64,000 nucleotides of DNA. Source: Candidatus Kaiserbacteria bacterium (GTDB lineage Bacteria; Patescibacteriota; Minisyncoccia; Phycocordibacterales; Phycocordibacteraceae). Shown in pieces: positions 45,839-53,991 of the stretch (position 1 is its first letter; every line of letters starts with the position of its first letter). The notes beneath the pieces were generated by a model. The model searched no databases, was not told where the DNA came from, and saw only the letters and a program-made list of their open reading frames with translations. A program made the position numbers and the translations under genes. Location: contig JAHFMN010000001.1 in assembly GCA_023264445.1 (NCBI GenBank), positions 177,878-241,877 of the forward strand. The letters run 5' to 3'.

Positions 45839-46641
45839 TGCGACCAAAACGGCATTCAAAACACGCCCCAAGGCGTACTTCAGAACATAGGAAAGCTTCC
45901 CAAGGGAAGGTCTATATCTACGGCAAGCACGCGCTTCTGGAAGCGCTCCAGAATGCCCCGCAGGTCATCCGGAAGGTTTTTCTTGCCCCTGACTTGCGGG
46001 ACACGGAGCTGCGCGTGCTCCTGACGAAACACGACATTCCTACTACCTCGCTTACCTCGGGCTCTGGCAAGGTGCTGGTCGGCAGGGACGCTGTGCATCA
46101 AGGAGTCATCGCCCTCATGGATCCCGCTGCCCTTCTCATATCGCTTGATGATTTCCTAGCGACGCTGCACACCAAGGCGAACCCGGCGCTTGCCGTTCTT
46201 GGCGAAGTGCAGGATCCGCATAACGTCGGTGCCATTATTCGCTCCGCCGCCGCTTTCGGTCTCTCGGGCGTCCTCATTCCTGAGCACAATCAGGCGGGCA
46301 TTACCGGAGCGGTTGTGAAGGCGTCTGCGGGAATGGTTTTCCGCGTTCCGCTTGTTTCAATCGGGAACGTGAACCAGACGCTCCACGTGCTGAAGGAAAA
46401 GGGATTCTGGATTTACGGCCTTGCCATGAAGGGGTCGGTCTCGCTCGGAACTGATGTATTTGATGCTCCCACTGCTTTTGTCGTCGGGAACGAGGGGGCC
46501 GGCATTCGAGAAAAGACACTTCAGGTATGCGATGCAACGCTTTCCATTCCCATGCATAAGCGAACCGAATCGCTGAATGCCGCCGTCTCCGCCGCAGTCG
46601 TTTTTTATGAATGGTCAAAGAAGCACCCGGAGGCGTTATGA
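45838..46641 (+). CDS. rlmB: 23S rRNA 2'-O-methyltransferase (SpoU family)
   Basis: IYGKH, HQGV, QDPHNVGAIIRSA, GNEG and ESLNAAVS motifs. Confidence 0.9.
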   Translation: MRPKRHSKHAPRRTSEHRKASQGKVYIYGKHALLEALQNAPQVIRKVFLAPDLRDTELRVLLTKHDIPTTSLTSGSGKVLVGRDAVHQGVIALMDPAALLISLDDFLATLHTKANPALAVLGEVQDPHNVGAIIRSAAAFGLSGVLIPEHNQAGITGAVVKASAGMVFRVPLVSIGNVNQTLHVLKEKGFWIYGLAMKGSVSLGTDVFDAPTAFVVGNEGAGIREKTLQVCDATLSIPMHKRTESLNAAVSAAVVFYEWSKKHPEAL

Positions 46642-46678
46642 AAATTGCGGCTTATCTGATTGGAGGTAGACTGTTTAT

Positions 46679-47530
46679 ATGAACAGGAAGGAGATAGTCG
46701 TCCTCTATCACAAGAATTGTCCCGATGGTTTCGGCGCCGCTTACGCGGCGTGGAAGCGGTATGGCGACATGGCCGAATACATCCCCGTCGGCTACGGAGA
46801 TTCCGTTCTTGAAAACGTCGATGGGCGTGAGGTCTTCTTGCTCGATTTCTGCTATGAGCTCCCGGGTGAGCTTGAACGGCTCAAGCAGATAACGAAACGA
46901 TTCGTCGTTCTCGACCACCACGAAAGCGCCCGTACGCGGGTCGAGGGCATACCGGAGCACGTGTTCGACGAGAAACATTCTGGTGCAACTATCGCATGGA
47001 GCTACTTCCACCCCGACACGCCGATTCCTCGTCTTCTCCAGCATCTTGAGGATGGCGATCTGTATCGATACGAGCTTCCGGACACGCGCGATGTGTTCTC
47101 GTATCTTGAGGTTCAGCCATATGATTTCAAAGTATGGGACCAGATTGTTCACGCACTTGACTCGGAAATATCGCGCAAACGACTCCTTAAAAAAGCATCC
47201 GAATATACGGAGTATTTTGAAGCACTCGCACAACTCTCGGTTGATGCGGCCAAGAAAGTGCGCTTTGAAGGATACGAATGCTATTTTGCCACGACGCTCC
47301 CCTCTATCACCATGCGTTCCTACGTGGCGCATGAACTGTATGCGAAACTGCCACCTATTGCGCTTGTCGTGACCGCGCATCCAGACGGTTTTGGCGTATC
47401 CATACGAGCCGACGAAACGGTAGACGTCTCAAAAATAGCGGAGAAATACCATGGTGGCGGGCACCCGGGCTCCGCCGGTTTCTTTATTCGAAATGGCACA
47501 GAGATGCCATGGATTGAGATCGAAGAATGA
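46679..47530 (+). CDS. DHH family phosphoesterase
   Basis: YHKNCPDG, LDHH and GGGH motifs. Confidence 0.88.
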   Translation: MNRKEIVVLYHKNCPDGFGAAYAAWKRYGDMAEYIPVGYGDSVLENVDGREVFLLDFCYELPGELERLKQITKRFVVLDHHESARTRVEGIPEHVFDEKHSGATIAWSYFHPDTPIPRLLQHLEDGDLYRYELPDTRDVFSYLEVQPYDFKVWDQIVHALDSEISRKRLLKKASEYTEYFEALAQLSVDAAKKVRFEGYECYFATTLPSITMRSYVAHELYAKLPPIALVVTAHPDGFGVSIRADETVDVSKIAEKYHGGGHPGSAGFFIRNGTEMPWIEIEE

Positions 47531-48726
47531 GAATTCTTTCTATCGAGACCTCCTGCGACGAGACGGCCATAGCCATTGTCGAAGCAGAAGGTGATGAACA
47601 GCATGCCGAGTTTACCGTACTCGGGAATGCGCTTCTCTCGCAGATAGACATACATAAGGAATACGGCGGTGTCTTCCCTGCTCTTGCAAAACGCGAGCAC
47701 GCGAAGAATCTCGTGCCGATTCTTGAAGCAGCGCTCGAAGAGGCGGAACTTCTGCACGAAGATATGCAGGTAATTCCGGAAGAGATGCGTTCGGCCATTG
47801 CGAAGATTCTTGAGCGTGAACCCGGGCTCGAGGAGCAATTCTTTGCATTTGTTTCTGAATGCGAACCGCCCGCCATTGACGCAATAGCCGTCACAGCGGG
47901 TCCCGGGCTTGAGCCGGCGCTCTGGGTCGGGATTAATTTTGCAAAAGCGCTTGGACTCCTCTGGGATACGCCTCTCGTGGCGATCAATCACATGGAGGGT
48001 CACATCCTTTCTGCTCTCGCTTCAGAAAGGTCCGACCTTAATGCACGTTTCCAAGGTCGAACCTTGGAAATTAAAGATGCACAGTTGCCCGTGCTTGCGC
48101 TCCTCATCTCGGGTGGACACACCGAGCTCGTGCTGATGCAGGAGTGGCTGCAGTACGAAATCATCGGTCAGACGCGGGACGACGCCGTGGGAGAGGCATT
48201 CGATAAGGTCGCGCGCATGCTTAATCTGCCCTATCCGGGCGGTCCCGAAGTCTCGCGTCTCGCTGAAACAGTGCGCACCGAAGGGCGCACGCACGACATC
48301 ACGCTTCCGCGGCCAATGCTGCATGATGCGACGTGCGACTTCTCGTTTGCAGGGCTCAAGACCGCAGTTCTATATATGCTCAAAGCGAAAACGGATATCA
48401 CCGCGAAGGAAAAAGAACACATCGCACACGAGTTTGAAAATGCCGTCGCTGATGTGTTGTGGAAGAAAACATCGCGCGCGCTTACTGAAACAAACGCACG
48501 TACGCTCGTCATCGGCGGCGGCGTTTCCGCTAATACGCACATCCGCCGCACGTTCGCAGAGAAAATGAGCCAAGAATATCCAAGCGTCGCGCTTCATATC
48601 CCTGCAGCTTCCCTCACGACCGACAACGCCATCATGATTGCGCTTGCCGGTTTTTATCGTGCGCGACGTGAAGACGTGGCGAAAGATATCTTGGCAAGTG
48701 GCAACCTCTCGCTTGCATCAAAATAA
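47527..48726 (+). CDS. tsaD: tRNA N6-threonylcarbamoyltransferase
   Basis: IETSCDET, GPGL, HMEGH, SGGHT, GEAFDK and DNAIMI motifs. Confidence 0.95.
   Translation: MRILSIETSCDETAIAIVEAEGDEQHAEFTVLGNALLSQIDIHKEYGGVFPALAKREHAKNLVPILEAALEEAELLHEDMQVIPEEMRSAIAKILEREPGLEEQFFAFVSECEPPAIDAIAVTAGPGLEPALWVGINFAKALGLLWDTPLVAINHMEGHILSALASERSDLNARFQGRTLEIKDAQLPVLALLISGGHTELVLMQEWLQYEIIGQTRDDAVGEAFDKVARMLNLPYPGGPEVSRLAETVRTEGRTHDITLPRPMLHDATCDFSFAGLKTAVLYMLKAKTDITAKEKEHIAHEFENAVADVLWKKTSRALTETNARTLVIGGGVSANTHIRRTFAEKMSQEYPSVALHIPAASLTTDNAIMIALAGFYRARREDVAKDILASGNLSLASK
48027..48070. repeat. REP-like palindrome doublet inside tsaD
   Basis: AAGGT-CCG-ACCTT and TTTCCAAGGT-CGA-ACCTTGGAAA. Confidence 0.55.
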
Positions 48727-48764
48727 TGACCGGCAGGGAATCCCTGCCGGTTACATCGAAGCCG

Positions 48765-48986
48765 TCACCGCTGAAGATCGCAGATGACGCTGTGAAGATC
48801 GCCATTTGGCGGGCGGATGAAAACTTCGCATTGCAGGCCTTTGTGCACCACCCAGACGAGCGGCTCGGGAGAAAACTGCCCCATCACATTCCGTCTTGCC
48901 TCGACGGTGGTACGGCTCTTTCCCGCCGCATCTTTGATGATGCGCTCCAGTTCTGCTGCGCTTACTGCATTCGAATCCTTCGCCAT
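48765..48986 (-). CDS. Small hypothetical protein
   Basis: 73 aa from MAKDSN; GAGGAGG SD; hairpin at 48728-48753 downstream. Confidence 0.55.
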   Translation of the reverse strand: MAKDSNAVSAAELERIIKDAAGKSRTTVEARRNVMGQFSPEPLVWVVHKGLQCEVFIRPPNGDLHSVICDLQR

Positions 48987-49073
48987 GTCATTCCCTCCTC
49001 TTAGGCCGGAAGTACCCGATACCACTATGCCTTAATTCGGCCAATCGTTCAAGGAATGCTATATTTTGAGTCA

Positions 49074-51239
49074 ATGGACGAGAAATTCCTGAAGCCGTAC
49101 GACCCGGCAGCAACCGAGTCGCGCATCTACAAAGAGTGGGAGAAAAGCGGGCTTTTCAACCCAGATGAGTGCGTGAAGCAGGGGGCCACAGAAGCAACCG
49201 CGCCAGCGTATTCCATCGTTCTCCCGCCACCAAACGTCACTGGGCGGCTCCATATGGGCCATGCACTTATGCTTGCGATCGAGGACGTGTTTATCCGTTT
49301 CAAGCGCATGCGGGGCTTTCGCACACTCTGGGTTCCCGGTACCGATCATGCCGCTATCGCGACGCAGTCAGTCGTGGAGAAGCAGATAAAGAAAGAGGAG
49401 GATAAAAGCCGTCACGATCTCGGGCGCGAAGAATTGCTGAAGCGTATTGAAACGTTTGCTGCCGAAAGCCACGATACCATCGTGGGCCAACTGAAGACGA
49501 TGGGGGCCTCGCTTGATTGGTCGCGCGAGGCATTCACACTTGATGAGACCCGCACTCGCGCGGTACGCGCGGTGTTCAAGCAGATGTATGATGCGGGACT
49601 CATTTACCGAGGACTCCGCATTGTAAACTGGGACCCGAAAGGCCAGACGACTATCTCGGACGATGAAATCGTATATGAGGAACGGGCCGGAAAGCTTTAC
49701 ACATTCCGTTATGCGAAGGACTTCCCTATCCCTATCGCTACGACCCGCCCTGAAACAAAGGTGGGCGACGTCGGCATCGCCGTCCATCCGGACGACGTTC
49801 GTTATCAGTCCTTTGTCGGAAAAGAATATGATGTCGTCTTTTGCGACGTACCTATCCATATAACGGTAGTAGCTGATACAGCGGTCGATCCTGCCTTCGG
49901 CACCGGCGCAGTTGGACTCACCCCCGCTCATAGCCAGACCGACTGGGATATCGCCGATCGGCATGAGCTCTCGCACGAGGTTATCGTCATAAATGAGATT
50001 GCCAAGATGACTGTCCCCGGTCGACTCAACGGGAAGAAGGTCGCGGAGGCGCGCGAATTGGTCGTGCAATGGCTCAAAGATGAGGGCCTTCTTGAAAAAG
50101 AAGAGGATACCGTACAAAACATCGCGACGGCAGAGCGCACGGGAGGCGTGGTAGAACCTTTGCCAAAATTGCAGTGGTGGGTTGATGTAAACAAAGAAGT
50201 TCCTGGTCGTGGGAAAACGCTCAAGGAGCTCATGCTAGAACCCGTACGTTCCGGGGCTATCAAGATTATTCCCGAGCATTTTGAGAAAACATACTTCCAT
50301 TGGATAGAGAATCTGCGCGACTGGTGCATCAGCCGACAGATCTGGTATGGACACCGCATCCCCGTATGGTATCGAGACGAGGAGGTGCAGATCGGCATCG
50401 AACCAAAGGAAAGCGGGTGGGTGCAGGATGAAGATACGCTTGATACGTGGTTTTCTTCGGGTCTTTGGACCTTCTCCACGCTTGGCTGGCCGGAACAAAC
50501 AGATGATCTCACCACATATCATCCGACCGACCTTCTTGAGACGGGGTACGAAATACTTTTTTTCTGGGTCGCACGCATGATTCTCATGACCGAATTCACG
50601 CTGGGTACGATTCCCTTTAAGACCGTGTACTTGCACGGCACCGTTCGTGATGCAAAAGGCCGCAAAATGAGTAAATCACTTGGTAACGGCATTGACCCGA
50701 TCGATATCGCCGCGAGATTCGGCGCGGACGCCGCGCGGATGGCGCTCATCGTCGGCAATACGCCCGGCACCGATATGCGCATCAGCGAAGAGAAGATAAA
50801 GGGCTATAAGCACTTCGCGAACAAGCTCTGGAACGTCGCTCGGTTTATTTTAGAAAATACACAAGGAGCATCTATCGAGGCATCACTGACCCCCAAGGAT
50901 GCACAACTGGCTGCCGATGTTGAAGCGCTCACAAAAGAAATTACTGATGATATTGAAAATTATCGGGTGTATCTGGCCGCTGAAAAAATCTACCACTATG
51001 TGTGGCACGAACTCGCTGATAAAATCCTAGAGGAATCAAAGCCAATTTTTGCGGGAACTGATGGAGGTGCTACACAATCTCGTGCTGCCTTGCTCCTGCT
51101 CCTGCTCACTCGGATTCTGAAACTCCTTCACCCCTTCATGCCCTTCATCACAGAAGAAATCTGGCAATCGATGCCGACCAAAGATTCGGCTTTCCTCATG
51201 GTTGCACGATGGCCGGAGTCGGCTGCCGGTGTGCGATAG
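49074..51239 (+). CDS. valS: Valine--tRNA ligase (lacks C-terminal coiled coil)
   Basis: PPPNVTG.LHMGH, DWCISRQ, DTWFSS and KMSKS motifs. Confidence 0.96.
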   Translation: MDEKFLKPYDPAATESRIYKEWEKSGLFNPDECVKQGATEATAPAYSIVLPPPNVTGRLHMGHALMLAIEDVFIRFKRMRGFRTLWVPGTDHAAIATQSVVEKQIKKEEDKSRHDLGREELLKRIETFAAESHDTIVGQLKTMGASLDWSREAFTLDETRTRAVRAVFKQMYDAGLIYRGLRIVNWDPKGQTTISDDEIVYEERAGKLYTFRYAKDFPIPIATTRPETKVGDVGIAVHPDDVRYQSFVGKEYDVVFCDVPIHITVVADTAVDPAFGTGAVGLTPAHSQTDWDIADRHELSHEVIVINEIAKMTVPGRLNGKKVAEARELVVQWLKDEGLLEKEEDTVQNIATAERTGGVVEPLPKLQWWVDVNKEVPGRGKTLKELMLEPVRSGAIKIIPEHFEKTYFHWIENLRDWCISRQIWYGHRIPVWYRDEEVQIGIEPKESGWVQDEDTLDTWFSSGLWTFSTLGWPEQTDDLTTYHPTDLLETGYEILFFWVARMILMTEFTLGTIPFKTVYLHGTVRDAKGRKMSKSLGNGIDPIDIAARFGADAARMALIVGNTPGTDMRISEEKIKGYKHFANKLWNVARFILENTQGASIEASLTPKDAQLAADVEALTKEITDDIENYRVYLAAEKIYHYVWHELADKILEESKPIFAGTDGGATQSRAALLLLLLTRILKLLHPFMPFITEEIWQSMPTKDSAFLMVARWPESAAGVR

Positions 51240-51288
51240 TAAGACTTGGCTTAGCGGCCCGGAGCGCTATCGCACACCGGCAGCCGAC
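51218..51288. repeat. 22-bp perfect inverted repeat overlapping the valS stop
   Basis: GTCGGCTGCCGGTGTGCGATAG-N27-CTATCGCACACCGGCAGCCGAC. Confidence 0.75.
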
Positions 51289-51314
51289 GAAAGGCCTGCT
51301 ACAATACGAGAGAC

Positions 51315-52025
51315 ATGACGGTCACTACGCTCGGCTACGCATTCTTGGGCGGGCTTCTACCCTCGTTCATCTGGCTCTATTTCCTCCTAAAAGAAGACTC
51401 TCGTTGCCCGGAGCCGCGTACGCTTATCGCGCTTGCCTTCGTCGCTGGGATGCTAGCGGTACCCTGCGCGCTCCCGCTCGAGCAGTATGCGAAGGCACAC
51501 CTGGGAAGCAATACCTCGATTCTGACCGCATGGGCGCTTATTGAGGAATTATTGAAATACGTCATGGCTGCGATATTCATCCTATGGAGACATGCGGTCG
51601 ACGAGGCGCCTGATTATGTCATCTATCTGATTACGGTGGCGCTTGGCTTTGCCGCCGCAGAGAATATGCTCTTTTTGCTTGCGCCGCTCTCAGACGGGCA
51701 CTTCGCGGCAAGCTTCTTCACGGGCGACTTGCGTTTCCTCGGCTCCACGCTACTTCATGTCGTCGCTTCTTCCATAATCGGTTTCTCTCTGGCTTTCTCC
51801 ACAACCTATCATCCTGTCGGACGTGCCGGCGCTGCGGCACTCGGACTTATCCTCGCCATAGCATTGCACACTGCGTTTAACACGCTTATCATACAAGCAG
51901 GTGCTTCGACCGCGCTCGCTGCGTTCTTCCTCGTCTGGATGGTCGCCGTTGTCTTTTTTGCGACATTCGAAGTGCTTAAATATTTCCAGTACCACAATCT
52001 TCCTAATAATTCGCAGTCATTATGA
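51315..52025 (+). CDS. PrsW family intramembrane metalloprotease
   Basis: EE..K, GFA..EN and two His motifs (LLH, ALH..FN). Confidence 0.88.
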   Translation: MTVTTLGYAFLGGLLPSFIWLYFLLKEDSRCPEPRTLIALAFVAGMLAVPCALPLEQYAKAHLGSNTSILTAWALIEELLKYVMAAIFILWRHAVDEAPDYVIYLITVALGFAAAENMLFLLAPLSDGHFAASFFTGDLRFLGSTLLHVVASSIIGFSLAFSTTYHPVGRAGAAALGLILAIALHTAFNTLIIQAGASTALAAFFLVWMVAVVFFATFEVLKYFQYHNLPNNSQSL

Positions 52026-52504
52026 ACAAAAAGCCTTCATTCTTTGAACGTCTTTCCGGCAGTGCTTCGGCTAATGATCCTTTCGATTCGTTTGAAGACG
52101 AAACGCCAGCCTCCTCTTCGACTGCACGCAAGGAATCGCGGCCAGCGCCGCTCGAGGATGATGCTCCAGGAAGCGAGGGTCAGCTCCCTATCGATGTACA
52201 TCAGACTGCAAATGAAATCATCATTCGCGCCTTCGTCGCAGGTGTCCGACCTGATGAACTCAATATTTCCATAAGCCGCGACCGAGTTGAGCTCGAGGGC
52301 TCGCGCATGGAGCGCGAGCAAGTCTCCGGTCCTGATTATTTCACTCGTGAACTATTCTGGGGTTCGTTTTCGCGCGCGGTCATGCTCCCGCAAGAAGTAG
52401 ACGTCGAGGGTTCCTCCGCAAACGCTAAGGATGGCCTTCTGACCATCATCCTCCCAAAACTCGATAAAGCAAAACAGACCAAACTGCGCGTAAAGTCAGG
52501 ATAA
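52022..52504 (+). CDS. Hsp20/alpha-crystallin small heat-shock protein
   Basis: GSFSR...LP..VD...A..KDGLLTI.LPK pattern. Confidence 0.9.
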   Translation: MNKKPSFFERLSGSASANDPFDSFEDETPASSSTARKESRPAPLEDDAPGSEGQLPIDVHQTANEIIIRAFVAGVRPDELNISISRDRVELEGSRMEREQVSGPDYFTRELFWGSFSRAVMLPQEVDVEGSSANAKDGLLTIILPKLDKAKQTKLRVKSG

Positions 52505-52515
52505 ATGCGGAGGAA

Positions 52516-53601
52516 TTATTTGAGCGTAACGGTCGTTTGAAGCGGCCGTTCTGTTTGTATGACAACCGTGAAAGATAATCGCTCGATGACACGTCCGTCA
52601 ACGGTCTCGACATCCACCCGCCACTTCCCCGCCTCGGTTATCGGAAGCGAGGAATAGCCACGATATCCGTTGTCGCGACCCCCGGCGATTGAGTAGGCAA
52701 TTGATGCCTTGATTATCCACTGCTTCTTGACCTCATCATATCGCTGCCAGCGATGCACGATATCCGTTCGAAGCGTCGTCGGTGCGAAGACAGAACTGTA
52801 GGCGGAAAGCGAATCCCCAAGGAAAAGATGCATGGTCGGCGAGAAACCTAGGTACCGGACCTGCCAGGGCTCTGGTTCGCTCGTTGCAAGATACGCGCCC
52901 GGGACCCGCCACACCGAGTGGTAAATGCCGGCCGCCGAGGAAGAGAGTGGCAAAGGTGGTAGGAGGTTGGTGAAGTAGAAGAGGTTGATAAGGACTAGTA
53001 CGACGCATGCGCCCACGCGAACCCGCCAGACATCAGCAAGGAAACGATCACGCGCGAGTCTTCGGAGTAAGGCGGTGAAGATCGCAAACACGACGACTGC
53101 GAGCACGCCGCTCTCGAGAAACGTCAATGTCCCTATGGTACCGGTATATATCGGCACAGTAAAAATCGCATAGGAGTAGAGTGCGAAGAAGAAAAGGACG
53201 CTCGTAAACACGAGCCGGGCGTGATATTGGTGAAAGTATTCGCTTCCGAGGAATACGAGGAAAAGGAAGAGAAGAAAGGGCCATGAGGCACCGAGGACCG
53301 CGGAACGCCCATAGAAAATAACAAAGCCGCTCCAGAATCCGCCAAGCGCAAACTGGACCGCGATGGGGAGCAGGAGACGCAGACGAGAAAGTATAAGGCC
53401 CGGATCTGGACGCGATTCTATCCAATGCAGAACCGGAATCGAGATGAAGCACACGGCAGCATACGCAGCGAAGAGTACTTGCGTCTGCCAGAGATCGACA
53501 CGCACGAAGACCAGATTATCGACAATGAATCCGGCAACCATCGCGCCCCCGGAGAGATGCCGCTCGTACTGCCGTATCCATGCAAAGAGTCCTTGAAACA
53601 T
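52516..53601 (-). CDS. Multi-TM protein with DUF2914-like C-terminal domain
   Basis: About 7 TM helices; GGRDNGYRGYS and GKWRVDVET. Confidence 0.7.
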   Translation of the reverse strand: MFQGLFAWIRQYERHLSGGAMVAGFIVDNLVFVRVDLWQTQVLFAAYAAVCFISIPVLHWIESRPDPGLILSRLRLLLPIAVQFALGGFWSGFVIFYGRSAVLGASWPFLLFLFLVFLGSEYFHQYHARLVFTSVLFFFALYSYAIFTVPIYTGTIGTLTFLESGVLAVVVFAIFTALLRRLARDRFLADVWRVRVGACVVLVLINLFYFTNLLPPLPLSSSAAGIYHSVWRVPGAYLATSEPEPWQVRYLGFSPTMHLFLGDSLSAYSSVFAPTTLRTDIVHRWQRYDEVKKQWIIKASIAYSIAGGRDNGYRGYSSLPITEAGKWRVDVETVDGRVIERLSFTVVIQTERPLQTTVTLK

Positions 53602-53605
53602 GGTG

Positions 53606-53678
53606 TGCTTGGACCCGGGCTCGAACCGGGGACCCCTTCCTCTTCAGGGAAGTGCTCTACCAACTGAGCTATCCAAGC
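53606..53678 (-). tRNA. tRNA-Phe(GAA)
   Basis: CTTCC-CT-GAA-GA-GGAAG anticodon arm. Confidence 0.95.
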
Positions 53679-53691
53679 GCTCTAAAGCGGC

Positions 53692-53976
53692 TTATTGACC
53701 GCCTTTATAGGAGTTTATCAGCTTTTGTAATTCAGCGTAAGTCGGGAAACCGAAGGGACCAGAATTCTGTATCCCGATAGTGGAAGAGAATTGCGAGACG
53801 AACGGCTGCAGGTATTGCTGATAGAGATAGAGCGGCAGAGCGAGCACGATGATCCAAACGACGACTCTCCCCACAAAACCGAGCCACTGATCACGGCGGA
53901 TGGCACGGAGCATCTGATGGTTGTCTTTTGTCAGTACGCGGAGCTCCTCAAGCGTCCGTTTCAGTTCAGGATCCAT
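53692..53976 (-). CDS. Small single-TM hypothetical protein
   Basis: MDPELK...DNHQML..IRR followed by a TM helix. Confidence 0.65.
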   Translation of the reverse strand: MDPELKRTLEELRVLTKDNHQMLRAIRRDQWLGFVGRVVVWIIVLALPLYLYQQYLQPFVSQFSSTIGIQNSGPFGFPTYAELQKLINSYKGGQ

Positions 53977-53991
53977 ATGATATGAGCAGCA

